DNA from: Lytechinus pictus
Taxonomy: Eukaryota
Length of the DNA stretch: 64,000 bases
Reading direction: 5' to 3'
Assembly (NCBI RefSeq): GCF_037042905.1
Contig: NC_087246.1
Span: forward strand, 3,598,001 to 3,662,000
The notes below the pieces were generated by a model. It ran no database searches. It was given only the letters and a program-made list of their open reading frames with translations, and was not told the DNA's origin. This document shows positions 1 through 13,833 of this stretch, in pieces. Made by a program: the position numbers and the translations under genes. The first letter of the stretch is position 1. Each line of letters starts with the position of its first letter.

Positions 1-58
1 ATGGAATTGCCCGTTTTGCCTATAATGTGGCATCCTGATCATATGAAACTGCTATCTA

Positions 59-214
<156 letters not shown>

Positions 215-877
215 TTAGAAAAATATAAATATCTATAAAGGTTCTTAAGTGGCATATTTTCAGGGGAACAAGATAAATCATATGATTTTACTTATTCAAT
301 AAGGGAAAATACATATGCTGTTTCAGTGAGACATAGCATTGTGCCATCAAATATTTGATATTGATGATATTAATTTTAATCAAATAAATTGGTACCCTAC
401 ATGATTATTCAACCTTTCTCATCAAATAATTGAAAAAAAAATATATGATTTATTTTATGTTACAGTATTAAATATGATATTGGTCATTTTTTTCCAATAC
501 CACACCATGTAAAATTAACTGAATACTTGTAGCTCTAGAAACTAGTTTGTATCATATTCTAACACTTGAATATTTTTCATAACATGCATATCTTTACAGC
601 ATTGTCTCATTTTTGTTGTGCTTATAATAATCCCAAACACATGGGCATCATCTTAGAATAAGTAAACATGATTCAAATCAATTTTAATTATGGAAAGCAA
701 ATAATGGCATGATTTGTCATGTACCCAAGCATTGATCTTTCTTGTGATGGTTAAACCTCATGCATCCATTACTGATAAGACATTAATAAATATTCCCTTT
801 TTGTTTTCATTCAACTCCTGGATGAAAAAAATATGGCAGTACTGAGTTTCTGAACAGTAAATCTAAACTCTTCATTA

Positions 878-1272
878 TGTGCTAACTTTGCATCAGTGTT
901 TTAGATAAAGCACATCACCAAGACTTGATCTATACTCTTAATTGGGTGCTTACCTAGCATCAGTGTTTTAGATGAAGCACATCACCAAGGCTTGACCTAC
1001 ACTCTTCATCAGGTGCTTACCTTGCATCAGTGTTTTAGATAAAGCACATCACCAAGGCTTGACCTACACTCTTAATTGGGTGCTTACCTAGCATCAGTGT
1101 TTTAGATGAAGCACATCACCAAGGCTTGACCTACGCTCTTCATCAGGTGCTTACCTAGCATCAGTGTTTTAGATGAAGCACATCACCAAGGCTTGACCTA
1201 CGCTCTTCATCAGAGTTTTAGATGAAGCACATCACCAAGGCCTGATCTACACTCTTCATCAGGTGCTTACAT
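878..1272. repeat. 67-bp minisatellite (~6 units) derived from the BCAS3 exon 9 end and splice donor
   Basis: Unit GGTGCTTACCT(A/T)GCATCAGTGTTTTAGATGAAGCACATCACCAAGGCTTGACCTACACTCTTCATCA. GTGCTTACC recurs at 946, 1013, 1080 and 1147. Confidence 0.9.
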
Positions 1273-1277
1273 AGCTA

Positions 1278-2562
1278 GTTTTTATATAGCGCTTTTCCCA
1301 TAATGGCTCAAAGCGCTTTACATCATATTATTACCCCAGTCATTGGATTCATTTCAATCAGTCAGTCCGCAAGCCCCTGTGTTAATGAGCAAATGAGCAA
1401 GATTTATCCAAGTCCTCTCGTGGCTGAATTCATGTCCCTGCAAAATCTCGTGAATTGTGAGACTTTCTTTCTCAAAGAATTTAACCACTTTCTCCTTGAG
1501 TAATATTGATTATTTTTGTACCATGGGCAAGAGTAAATGTTACTCTTTTATATTGGTCATTTCTTTTGAATGAAATATTTTGATAAATAAGTGAATTTTT
1601 TACCTGAAAAGATGCATCAAACAGAATTTTCTTCCTCTGTTTTCACTTGCAAATTGTGCAACATTTTGTGTTTTAGGCACCAACATTATTTATATCATCA
1701 GAAAGCTCAAACTCTATACTTTCTTACAATGTCACTCTTGATATGTGGCATCTTTTAGATGGGTCAGCAGCCAGCTTTATCCATCAAGATGCAAGACGAG
1801 ATTTCTGAAATTTCTGAGTAACATCAAATCCAGAGTTCTGATTGGCTGAATACTGTTTTCAAAACAAACAGGCGCGGGTAATTTGAAGAGATTACCACAT
1901 GGTGAGTGTGACCTTGCAGAGGCCCAGTGTGGGAAACATTGGAATTTGCGTGGGTGTGTGGTCTATGACCAATCAGAGCGCAGTATTCTTGTTTTTGAGC
2001 TGCAAAATGTACTTGGCCTATAAAAAGCTGGCTGCTGACCCATCTAAAATACATCTTCTTATAAAAATTATATCATATTAAAGCTTAGATCTTCAGCTTT
2101 ATCATGATCTAAAAATCATTTGTGCCCAAACAGAAATTAAGTGTGAAAACAACAACTTTTGTTGCATGAAAAAAAATATTTTGTTTCATGTTTTAGATCA
2201 AAAGTTTTTCCTATATTACAACATTCTTTTAAAAATCCAAACACATGACCTGAAAGAATGATTCTTCTTCTTTACAAAGATACCAAAAACATGAAATTTG
2301 GTCAATATTTAGAGCTGCAATGGCCAAAATAAAAGAGGTGTTTTGGTTCGCACCAAGCTCATTAACTATGCAAAAACCCTCTAGTCATGAATATCACTTG
2401 GATAAAAGAAGCTACTTTTTCAGGGCTTGCGGACTGACTGCAATCCTGCACAAAAAGTGCACAATTTCCACTCCCTGGGGAGCTTTCCTTGCATTCATTG
2501 CAGCCACATAATGGGGCTGACAAATTCAAACATACAACTTTTGCATCCTACCGGGTACTGGG
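1278..2562 (-). mobile_element. SINE-like element with L2-type 3' tail, interrupted by an inverted-repeat MITE (~1450-2400)
   Basis: Minus strand ends TGTAAAGCGCTTTGAG...GAAAAGCGCTATATAAAA. Internal inverted pair TTTTAGATGGGTCAGCAGCCAGCTTT (1753-1778) / AAAGCTGGCTGCTGACCCATCTAAAA (2024-2049). Boundaries approximate. Confidence 0.55.
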
Positions 2563-2564
2563 TA

Positions 2565-2717
2565 TACTTTCCATGAGGTGCTTACCTTGCATCAGTGTTT
2601 TAGATGAAGCACATTACCAAGGCTTGATCTACACTCATCATGTGCTTAAATTTGCATCAGTGTTATAGATAATGCACATTAGCTTGGACTGATCTACACT
2701 TTCCATGAGGTGCTTAC
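2565..2717. repeat. Two further units of the 67-bp minisatellite abutting exon 9
   Basis: GTGCTTACC at 2578, a degenerate copy at 2642, and the true donor at 2710-2718. Confidence 0.85.
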
Positions 2718-2948
2718 CTTTGCAGCGGTGTCTCCTCTGTATAAGATATATAGATGATGCACAGCCCCTAGGCCTGATCTACAGGGATGGCTTGTAATGC
2801 GGAATATGTGAAAGACATGACCCTGGGCACCAGCAGTGAACAGTAGCCTACCGCTGTGGTCAAAGGTCATTGCTGTGACAGGTTCATTGATATGTGCCTG
2901 GAAATGAGCTACAACTCCATCCCCTGGGCTGTCATCTGTAACATTAAA
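2718..2948 (-). CDS. BCAS3: BCAS3 coding exon 9 (FNVTDDSPGDGVVAHFQAH...AVHHLYILYRGDTAAK)
   Basis: AACAG acceptor, AAG|GTAAGC donor, 231 nt open. VAHFxAH, FDxSGxLL and AVHHLYxLxRGxTxAK are WD40/PROPPIN-like BCAS3 motifs. Confidence 0.95.
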
Positions 2949-3794
2949 CTGTTAAGGAAAGGGTATCAAACTATCAATAACTTAAAAGATCATTATCATG
3001 TGACACAGCTTTGATACATTAAAATTTAATATACTTTTAAATCTCGAATTGGCAACGCTGGTTAATTTTCTATTCATTTTCATACTTTAAATGATCGAAT
3101 ATGGATAAACATCAGACCGAATATGACAAAATTCCCACAAAATGTAAATTTGGAATATCAAAATGTGATTTTCATATTTTCATTGCATTGCAAATTTAGA
3201 GTAATAATTAAGCCTAGCAGAAGTTAATTGGCTTTTGTTCAGGAGCAACACTACTTGCTATTGATATTTTCATAATATTTTCCCTTCCTATTCATATTCC
3301 ATGTGTAACATGCAAGATAAAGAGACATGGCATACAAAGTGTATCGCTATGGGCTGGATGATTTTCTACATTCTACAACTGTATTCTCTATTACACATAT
3401 TCTTTCTTTGTGGCTGAAGAATTTCAGTTTGCTTGACCAAATAAATCTTATTATCTTTTAGATTTGATATAGGGATAAGGCAAGAAGTCCAAAGAACGGA
3501 TTGCATACCCGAATAAGAAATATAAGTATAGATAATTATATAAATAAAATATAAATATTCATCACCAATTATTAGCACCATGCTTGATAGATTGGAGAGC
3601 TCAATAAGGAAAGTCATCAATGTCATAATCATCTAATAATAATCATAAAGTACTAGTAGGTAAAATTACACATTTCCATTCGTACATTATATTCACTGTG
3701 TATGAGACCGAATCTAGCAAAGATATATCTTATCTAGCAAACTACAGAATTGTCACTATCAAAACTGTACATAGATGGGTATTTTAAAACCTAC

Positions 3795-3977
3795 CTCCCC
3801 TTCTAAAAAAGATGCATCGACCACAGTGACAACACCAGGGGTGCCCTGCCTGTGAGGGGGGCTACTACTCGTCTTCTCCCCAGGACTCTCAGGTGATCTT
3901 GGAGGTGAGTTGGACAGCTTGGCAGATGCATATTTCCCCAAGGATTCACTGAACACCGAGATACCTTTTGTAATAGC
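3795..3977 (-). CDS. BCAS3: BCAS3 coding exon 8 (AITKGISVFSESLG...PGVVTVVDASFLEGE)
   Basis: TCTAG acceptor, GAG|GTAGGT donor, 183 nt (phase 0 to 0). PGxxTVxD motif. Confidence 0.9.
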
Positions 3978-4988
3978 CTAGAGTAGGATATTGAAACTAC
4001 ATTATTTGGACAACATTATTAAACTATCTTAAACTTATTTACATCACTGGGGGATCCAGGGGGAGCAAAACCGGCCCATGCCCCCCCCCCCTTTAGAGGG
4101 TTATTAATTTTTGGTTAAAACCCTTTTTTGGGGGTTGGGTTTTTTTTTTTGCTTGTCTAATTTTCCTTGGGAAAATGTGCCCCCCACCCCTTTTGGAAAA
4201 TCCTGGATCCGCCCCTGATTTACATATGTTAAGATTTAAAAAATCACGGTTGTAAACCAAAAGTACCATGACATTATTTACAAACTTAAAGGAAAAGTGG
4301 CCTAAGAATGTTGTGAGGTTATGGGAGAGTTATGAAATATTGATTCAGTGTAATATTACCCAATCACTAAGTGTAATGAATGAGAGAAACAAAGAAGGCA
4401 ACTCTGTTCCAACATCAGGCCTCTGATTAATAAAACTTCTCATTGAGAGTGAAGTCTAAATTGATCTTTTCAGAGCATTTGACCAACTTACATTATTTAT
4501 TATCAAGAAAATGTTCCATAAATTATGCCTGTGGACTTATATGTACGAAATACCTTGTTTTTGCTCTCATAATTCACTAACTGTATGAATTTAATTTCTA
4601 ACAGAACAGAAAACAGAGTTCTTAATAATAGATTGTGTTTTCATGAGATGTGGAAGTGTGTAACACATGCACATCCACATAAAAATGGCTGAATTCCATT
4701 ACTCAGAATGGATCTGTGCTTTGATATTTATTGGTTTGCAGATTGGCTAATACTAAATTGAAACACCATTTCACGGATTAATTATTTGATTGGTTACCTA
4801 GCCAGCCAAGTGACTCATCATTTCATTAACTGGTTAATTGATTCCTTAGTTGCGTGAATAGTGTTACACCATAGTTACACTTATGTTGTGTTATACCATT
4901 CATGTAGGAGCATGGATGATATTATCCCAGAGTTAAACCAGTATTCTAATATTACACCCTTTCATTTGATATTAATCTGATTGCTTAC

Positions 4989-5072
4989 CTTAGCAGCATG
5001 TATAACTGTAGCTTTATATGACTTGGATGCATCTCTACAAACCCCGCCTCCTGACTGGTGTGATGGGATTAG
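4989..5072 (-). CDS. BCAS3: BCAS3 coding exon 7 (LIPSHQSGGGVCRDASKSYKATVIHAAK)
   Basis: (CT)n tract plus TGTAG acceptor, AAG|GTAAGC donor, 84 nt (phase 0 to 0). HQSxGG...SYxATVIxAAK motif. Confidence 0.94.
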
Positions 5073-5593
5073 CTACATAGAGAGAGAGAGAGAACAGAGG
5101 AACAGAGATGGAGACAGACAAAGAAAGAAAGATAAAGACAATATATCTTTAAGAGGGCTAATGATGATTAAAAGTAGTTGGCAAAAAAACCCAGTATAGA
5201 TCCTTGTGCATTTTTCATTTGTTCTTTTCAATATATTGTAAGAAAATATATTATACCAAAATAAATTACACCAAAATGATTAAAACAGAGAAGACATTTT
5301 ATATCAAAGAAATTTCGGTATAACTAATATGACAATGTACATGTTACTTCTCATGTGATGTGAAAAGAACAATAAAGATTCACAGCAATACAGATATTAT
5401 TGTGGAATTGACTAATTTCAGCTTTTTGTGGAAACCCTAAAGAGACATCAAACCAATGGCTTGAGTCATACTAATTACTTTTTATAGATCAGTCTTAAGT
5501 ATTCCATGTGAAAAGGGTTTGTCTCCCTGCCAACACTACTTATACAGCATGAAATGTATATGGCTTGACTGGAGTCCTGGTGAGGAAACCTAC

Positions 5594-5747
5594 CTTTTTG
5601 TCTGCATAGGCTAGCCACCTCGTCCCAAGAGCTAAGGGGTTCACATTGGGGGGACCTGCTAGGTAACAGCTAGTAATAATGAAACGATGCTTGAATGATG
5701 CAGCATCAAACGCTGCTATCTTCTCTTGCAATGCTACAATCATTAAT
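5594..5747 (-). CDS. BCAS3: BCAS3 coding exon 6 (LMIVALQEKIAAFD...NPLALGTRWLAYADKK)
   Basis: TGTAG acceptor after a CT tract, AAG|GTAGGT donor, 154 nt. LQEKIAAFD and NPxALGxRWLAYA are hallmark BCAS3 motifs. Confidence 0.96.
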
Positions 5748-6157
5748 CTACAAGAGAGACAGATGGATAGAGAGCAATAGAGAGAAAGAAAAAGCTTAAT
5801 ACTGAATACTGGGAACATCTAATACAAGAAACAAAATAGCATTCTGGATCATGAATCACGATAGCAATATGCGTAAAAGAGTTTGCACATTTATTTGGAA
5901 ATCATAGACTAAGGAACAGTTAATGCAATTACAAGAAATCGTCATGTGATATTATGTGTATGTTCATGCCTCACACTGTAAAGATCACATAATCTCTATC
6001 AACGTCATCTCCATTTCTGAATTTTCATAGTTGTCAAAAGCAGCATCATGAAAAAAAATCAAACGAAGAAATTATCATTAGCATCCAAACTCAGGCTTCA
6101 GTAGTGTAACATACACTTACACATGCATCATCAATTAAGCATGTGCTCATTAGAAAC

Positions 6158-6510
6158 TATCACCATCACCACCCTCTTCATTACCATACCTATTGTCACT
6201 GAACAATCATCACCTTAATCACACGCTTTCTTCATCAATATTGTAATTATCCCTAATTCCCCATCATCACAACATCATCACACTTGTCATCATCATGATC
6301 ATTAATTCATCTTCATCATTAACATTACAACTACATGTACCACCTTCACCACTACTACCACTATCATCACAACCACCACCGCCAATCGAATCACCACCAC
6401 CGTTGTCACCATTGTAACCATAACCAGTGCTACCATTATCACCATCTTTGTTATCTTTTTATCTCTCTCTATTATCATCATCATCATCACCATCATCATC
6501 ATTATAATTA
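6158..6510. repeat. Degenerate (CAT/CAC)n microsatellite
   Basis: Runs of CATCAT/CACCAC; source of the spurious His-rich and Met/Val-rich ORFs. Confidence 0.85.
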
Positions 6511-6859
6511 TTATCTTTTCATTTCTATTTAACCCTTCATTCTTACTCTTCATTCAAGTGTTGCAATGTTCTACATGGGTGGGTGTTGGTGTGATTGTGT
6601 GCTTTAGTAAAAGTATGAGTCATGATTACATATGTATGTTTTGGCATAGATTTATTTAATTAACTAAATAGAATTTGTTTTTTTCAAATCTCTGACGATC
6701 TTTAAGATTTCTATTTGAAAAAGTTGTATTTGCTTACTTTAATTTTTTATGGAAAATATATGAACTGAATCATCAGCATCATCATCATCATCATCAATAT
6801 CATCACTAACAATGATACTATTATTACTATCACCACAAGTAAATAAATGAATGACTAAC

Positions 6860-6967
6860 CTCTTGTTACAAACTATATCAACCACTGGGGTTTTGAAGGA
6901 GACTGCATGGACTTGCTCATTTGTCTTCAATGAACGGATAGTTACTGAGCAGAAAGGCTGGCTGGAA
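6860..6967 (-). CDS. BCAS3: BCAS3 coding exon 5 (SSQPFCSVTIRSLKTNEQVHAVSFKTPVVDIVCNKR)
   Basis: TGTAG acceptor, AG|GTTAGT donor, 108 nt (phase 2 to 2). FKTPxxDxxCNKR motif. Confidence 0.93.
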
Positions 6968-8377
6968 CTACATGTTTAAACAAAAAGAAAACAATTATCA
7001 CCCAAAATATACATGTAGGCTTGGATGGGTTGTTCTTAACTTAACTTCTTAACTTTCACATGACATACAATATACTTTATCTTCAGTCTTCAAACAAATA
7101 AACAGAATTATCATTGGTACATGTACATGTAAATTAAGTACACTGTCAAGTGACTCTATTTTTATATTTGTACTGTACAGTACAGTACAGTTCAATGTAT
7201 TGTAGAAATACGATCAATCATAACTTGTTCAATCATCATTAATCTTTCATGAGCCTGGTAAATCTTAAATACTTTAAGGATTATCAATTTTGTCTTTCAC
7301 AACTGGGTTATATTTTCTGGTCTGGTATTAATAACATGGATAGACTATACATCAGCAGTGTATAAAATGCATGGAAGAAGAAATCAATATACTGTATATG
7401 CAAGCATTTCTGTCTGGGTTTTACTTGATGAAGGTGACAAATCTGACAAATTTGTGACAAAGCAAATGGCTGAATCTTACAATAAATACAATTCATTTAA
7501 AATGCATTTTTCAGTCTCCCACACACAGTTTGCAATAGTCAATTTCTTCTTGCAACCAGATTATAAGATGATCATACATATAGCTGTCTACGTTATTCTT
7601 TCAGACTATGATAATTCAAAAGAAAACTGTACAAATACTACAAGTTATTTTGTATGAATAACATACATGAAATACTGTATCACCCTTTTTTTTTCAATCA
7701 AGATAATAAAATCCTTATCATTTTTTTCTTGAGGGAACCATACTAAGAGGGTAATTCATAACTTGATATGAATGAATGATGATGATACTTGGAATGAAGC
7801 CTGAATTTGTGTAGGATATAGGCCTATAGTGTAATGTAGTTGTTAAGTCTGGTAATCCTCTGACAATTTTATGGGTTGTCAAGTACAATGTCAATTTAAT
7901 GAAGAATACATTGTACTTAACAAAAACCATGTAAACAGGTCTTTTACTCATTTATGTAAAAGTCATCCAATTTGACATGTCTACCTCTTTCCACCCCCCC
8001 CCCCCTTTCCACAAAAGGGGATAAACATGTAATTCTTTGAAGCACTGGCATTATTTTAGGATGGTATCCTTCCTTAAAAACTACCTCAACAGGTGTTACA
8101 TTATCCCTAAAAAATGGAGACCCATGTAATCTTCCTTCCAACATGCATATTTTTGTGACAACTAAATGATTTAGCCTAGAAACATTGTATTATAGATGAG
8201 ACAATAGCCATTAACCCCAGTCTATTACCATGGGTCATGTAGAGTTCAGGGACAGCATGGTTTCCTGTGAATACACAGAGGAATATCAGCAGGGCGTCAC
8301 AGTCTTTGAATTTGGCATCTCTGCAAGACCATTTATGAAACATCACCAGGGAAACATGAGGAATTCCTTGAGCTTAC

Positions 8378-8514
8378 CTTGCACCATCACAGATGGCTAC
8401 CAATGGTCTCTTGTCTTGATGGTGATTCTTGGAATGTGGAGGTGTAGGTAGAATACGGAGTATCCTCACAGGACCTTGCCGTAATGAGAGCACTTCTTCA
8501 GCGTCTCCATTTGC
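8378..8514 (-). CDS. BCAS3: BCAS3 coding exon 4 (ANGDAEEVLSLRQGPVRILRILPTP...KRPLVAICDGAS)
   Basis: ATCAG acceptor, AG|GTAAGC donor, 137 nt (phase 0 to 2). GEAQELFSVRHGP/KRPL-like motifs. Confidence 0.93.
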
Positions 8515-8915
8515 CTGATTAAAGTAAAGGGAGGGTACAATTCATTCTAAAATAAAACCCAGAAAAAAGTAAGGAATATGAACATATTTACCAGAAAATA
8601 TGCTCATGACACTAATCTAATTGGACAGTCACTCGTAAATACGGTACTATCAACTTTATGAAACACATACCAGAATTTCATTTGCTTTTCATCTCAATTA
8701 GACAAAAATGTCTTTTGCCCTTGTCTTTCCCAAATAGACAAAAAGAGGCTAAAAAATGCATTGGGCATCTTTAATACTAATATTAAAACTGAAATTTGTA
8801 TTCTACCCTAGTAATCTACCCCCTGAGTAGAGGGTGGCAAATAGACATTCATTACCTGAAAAAGAAAATTATTAGTTCTGAAGATAGGGTCTCAACTAGA
8901 CCATGAACTTCATAT

Positions 8916-9261
8916 TAGGGCTGTTATCGTTCAGAAAATTCTCTGTAGATATCATGCTAAAAATATCTTACCGATATCGATAACTATCGACAAAAGAACA
9001 TAATCAATACGCATTGGAGTAATTTCTGTTGCTGTTCTGTGCAGTTTGAGGAAAAATATGTTTTCCGTGATTTTCCATTTGAAAAGCCACTTCCAAAGGG
9101 CCGTTTCCATGAATTCAGTGAAATCGCGGAAAATCATTGTGTCCCTACATAATAGCGGGTATTATCGACAACGAGAGAAAGTTTATCGATATTGCTAAGT
9201 GGCAAAAAACAAGCGATTATCGGCAGGACTAGCGATAAAGACATTATCGATAACAGCCCTA
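8916..9261. mobile_element. hAT-like MITE
   Basis: TIR TAGGGCTGTTATCG / CGATAACAGCCCTA, 8-bp TSD CTTCATAT. Confidence 0.9.
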
Positions 9262-9430
9262 CTTCATATTTTATCTTTTCCATCAATTACAATTTAATCT
9301 GTTCAAGACCAGGCTGCAGTAATAATTAACATTTAATTATTGATATCCTGATCATTATATTGATAACAGTAATGATGGTGATGATGTCAATACCAGTAAT
9401 AATTCAATTCAATTTTGTCTTACTTCACAT

Positions 9431-10464
9431 AACAAGTGGAGCTCCTCTAGCAGACTCGCCTCCATTACGCGATTCAATATAGCAGCAGTGCTGACTTTGA
9501 AAACGACTGCCGGTATAGAATAATCATTCACAAAAACACCAATGATGATAAAGTACTATGTTCATTGACCCTGAATGACATTGACCTTCATCATGTGACT
9601 TGTGCAAGATGATCAATGATACATGATAACCCTCATGTCCACATTTCATGAACTAGATACATATATTATTATAGCAATTCAACAAATACCCGGAACACAG
9701 CCAAATTTTATTGACCTTGGGCATGTGACCTGAAATTCATGCAGGATGTTCACTGATGCTTGATTACTCTTACATGTACATGTATGTCCAAGTTTTATGA
9801 ACTAGATCCATATACTTTCAGAGTTAGACATTTAAAAGCTTAACCGATTTCGTTTTGCTTCCCCCAACATAATCTAAGTTCATTGGCCCTAAATGACCTT
9901 TGACCTTAATCATATGATCTGAAACTCACAATGGATGTTCAGTGATACATGTACTTGATTACTCTTTGTCCAAGTTTCATGAACCAGATCCATAAACTTT
10001 TAAAGTTATGATGGAAATCAACACCCCCAACATGGCCAAAGTAAAAGTTCATTGACTCTAAAGTCTAAATGACCTTTGGCCTTGGTCATATGACCTGAAA
10101 CTCAGGCAGGATGTAATACTTGATTACCATTATGCCCAAGTTTTATGAACTAGGTTTATATACTTTCTAAGTTATGATGACATTTCAAAAACTTAACCTT
10201 CAGTTATTAAAGATTTTGATGTTGATTCCCCCAACATGGTCTAAGTTCATTGACCCTAAATGACCCTTGACCTTGTCATATGGCCTCAAACCCTGGCAGG
10301 ATGTTCAGTAATACTTGATAACCATTTATGTCCAAGTTTCATGAACTAGGCCCACATACTTTCTAAGTATGATTACATTTCAAAAACTTAACCTTTGGTT
10401 TAATAAGATTTGATGTTGACGGCGCCTATAATAGTCTCGCTCTGCTATGCAGGTGAGATAAAAA
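9431..10464 (-). mobile_element. Helentron-associated (HINE/DINE-like) element with internal ~160-190 bp tandem repeats
   Basis: Reverse complement of the 39839-40811 family, with repeated TGACCTT/CATGAACTAG modules and the same termini. Confidence 0.7.
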
Positions 10465-10664
10465 TTTTACATTACAAGGTTAAAGCCTGCGTTTATTCAT
10501 GGTAAATCCACCAAAATTGCATGTCACTAAATCCCTTTAATTGCTACTTTATGTTAATGCATGTCCCCCAAAACAATCCAGTGTAGAAGATATAAACTAA
10601 AAATGTGTCTTATTACATATTTTTTAGATTTTACATCAGATTTAAATAAATCAGGTGAAAACAA

Positions 10665-11347
10665 AAACTTTGACCTTTGACCCCATCATCCTCAACAACA
10701 CACACGTGGTATTACTCATTGATCATTTGAACCAAGTGTGATTAAAATTAATGCAGAATAAAGCAATGAGAACAAGTTGCACAAAAAATTGTAAATGGAA
10801 GGACATGACCTCATTTCATTTGACCTTTTGACCCCTAGATGACCTTTGTCCCCATCATCCTCATGGATACACATGTGGTACAAGTGTGAACATTATTGAT
10901 GCAGAAACAAAGAAATGAGAGCAAGTTGAGCAAATACTCGACCTTTTAACCCGAGATTACCTTTGACCCATCATCTTCAACATACAAGTGGTATTACCCA
11001 AGGATCATTTGGATCAAGTGTGATCAAAATTGATGCAGAAATAAAGAAATGAGAGCAAGTTTAACCAAAACTTCAAAAAATGTACATGACCTCGTACCAT
11101 TTGACCTTTTTGACCCCTAGAAGACCTTTGACCCCATCATTTGCATAAGGCGACATGTGGTATTAACCAAGGATCATGTGTACCAATATGAACGTAACTG
11201 TTGCACTTGTAAGTAAATAAATGAGAGCAAGTTGCACAAAAACTTTAACATTTTGGAACAGACTAAAAGACCAACAGACTAACGGACAAACGGATCGGAC
11301 CAACAGGAAAAGTGATTACTAGATCTCGCTCAGGCGAAGCAAAAAAT
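10665..11347 (-). mobile_element. Related HINE-like repeat (different subfamily)
   Basis: Tandem TGACCTTTGACCCC modules, GTCC/GTCT-like microsatellite and a T-run terminus. Confidence 0.5.
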
Positions 11348-13232
11348 TGAAGAGACAGAATGAGTCCAAGAAAGACAGAATGTACAAGAAAGCTGTAAGC
11401 ATCCAAGTATTGAGAATACCATGTAGATTCCCCACCCATGTGACCACCCCCCCCCCCAAGCCACACATGCACAGCTTCCCCTAAAGTGGAGAGCTGTAAA
11501 TGTTGAGTGCTTCATCACAGATCCTGTACCCACTGGCAATGTGAGGATCTCCACAGCACCAGAGCTTCCGGCACTCCAACACCCACAACCCTCCTACCGC
11601 TCCCCCAATCACAGTCACACAAAACCCCCACCGATCATGTTAATGGATTCCCCTGCCTATGAATATGAACATGAATATTTACAAGGTGGGCTGATGTCAC
11701 ATCCCGACTTTCCTTTTCCTATGTTATTTTGTATTCATAAGTATTTCATATACATGTTTGTATGACTTTTGTATGACCGTATAATGAAATAAGTTGCAGC
11801 AATAAATATTTATGCACATTTTTGTAGTTCTTGGAGGACAAAATTTGAATAAATATAAAGTCATGTAATAAAATACAAAAGAACAAGTGGGGATATGACA
11901 TCAATTATGTTTGCTCATTTAATATATATGAAGAAATGTATAGAACTGTTTCACCAAAATAATGCAAATCTTTAAAACATTATAACATTGTTATTCCTTG
12001 TCTGATTTTGATGATATTGTCACTATTTTGTTTAGTCTACCAATTTCCTGAGGTTAAGCTTAGCCCACTTCGGTTTTAGTCTATATTCTTTACCAAAGTG
12101 GGCTAGCAAGGTAAATATTATGGCGCTATCTGGGCCCTGTCTTACAAAGAGTTGCGATTGATCCGATCAACCACAATTATTGAAAGCCAGCAACGCCAAC
12201 ATCTAAAATGCATGTTCCTTCAAAATATTTCTAGATATGATGTATATTCATACATGTACCTTCATCCTTTTCTTAAAAATTCAGTGTGCTTCTCCTTTGT
12301 TTACGAACAACATTGATTCTGCACATTTCCAGTAGAAAAACTCATGACATTGATGGATTTCCATACATGTATATAGTTAAGGTTGATTGGATCAATTGTG
12401 AATCTTTGTAAGCCCAGACCCAGGTCCTGCACTAAAAGTGCGTGGCTAGCTGGCTCATTGTGGTGCTAGCCAGGAAATTGCAGTGCTGAAAGACAAGGTC
12501 TGGAACCAAACAAGACTAGGGAGAAGTGGGGCTCAGTGTACATGTGAGCCAATCACATAAGTCAAAAAGTTTATGTTAAACAATTATAAGCCATTTTGCC
12601 TCTGCTACTATTCCTCTGTTGTGTTTAGTTCTGGCATTTTACCAAGTGCTACCAATTTTGTCTGCTATTTACCTCTACCATTTTTACCTGGCACCTCTGA
12701 TTCAGTTGTTGTCATTAAAATGTTTGTATGTACATGTAATACCAAAACAGTGACATGATATCATTGACAATTCAAAATAAAAAGGATTCAACTGCATTAC
12801 ATTAATGAGAACTTCTATATAAACCAACCAAAGTACAGGGAAAATAGGATGTGGACTTTGAACAGAATCTTGAGCAACTACATAACATTGCCCCAGATTG
12901 TGCAATATAGCGCATTAGCGAGGTCATGTTTACAATTCTGCTCACTGAACTGGATCAAAACACAATGCTGATTGCATTATTTTACTGATTGAATCATCAT
13001 GAATACCTTTTAAAGGTTATTCTTAACATCAAAATTATTGAGGAGTGAAGACTTGTTTGACAGAGCAAAAGCCAAATCACTAAACAGGATTCCTATGCAG
13101 TAATGTATTATTGCAAGGGATACTCCGGGCTGAAAATATTTATATCTAAATAAATAAAGTAAAATTCACAGAGCAAAATGCTGAAAATTTCATCAAAATC
13201 GGATAGCAAATAACAAAGTTATTGAATTTTAA

Positions 13233-13833
13233 AGGTAAAGTCCACGTCAGAAAAATGTTGATTTCAATCAATAGAGAAAAATCAGACAAGCATACTGCTG
13301 AAAATTTCATCAAAATCGGATGTAAAATAAGAAAGTTATGACATTTAGAAGTTTTCCTTATTTTCACAACATACATGTAGTTATATGCATAATTTAGTCA
13401 CAGGCAAATGAGAGAATCAATGATGTCCCTCACTCACTATTTCTTTTGTTTTTTATTGTTTGAATAATACAATATTTCAATTTTTATTGATTTGAAAATA
13501 AGGACCAACTTGACTGAACCATAAAATGCTTAACAGAGGTAGTTTCACATGTTCAGGGGGAAATAAAACTTTGTTCTAAAGGACAATGAGGAGAAATTAG
13601 AATATTTCATATCTCATACAATAAAATACAAAAGAAATAGTGAGTGATGTCATCAGTTCCCTCATTTGCATACCAACCAGGATGTGCATATGACTGTTTT
13701 GTGAAATTAAGTGAAACTTTAATATCATAACTTTCTTATTTTACATCGGATTTTGATAAAATTTTCAGTGTTGTGTTTGATGGAATTTTCTCTTTTTATT
13801 CAAATCAACTTTTTGTTGGGGTGGACTCGTCCT
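13233..13833. mobile_element. TTAA-target (Kolobok-like) non-autonomous DNA transposon nested in a related element (~13115-14270)
   Basis: TTAA|AGGTAAAGTCCAC...GTGGACTCGTCCT|TTAA with long imperfect internal inverted repeats. Confidence 0.75.

Noticed and set aside
6302..6553. His-rich and Met/Val-rich ORFs
   Set aside because: Translations of a (CAT/CAC)n microsatellite.
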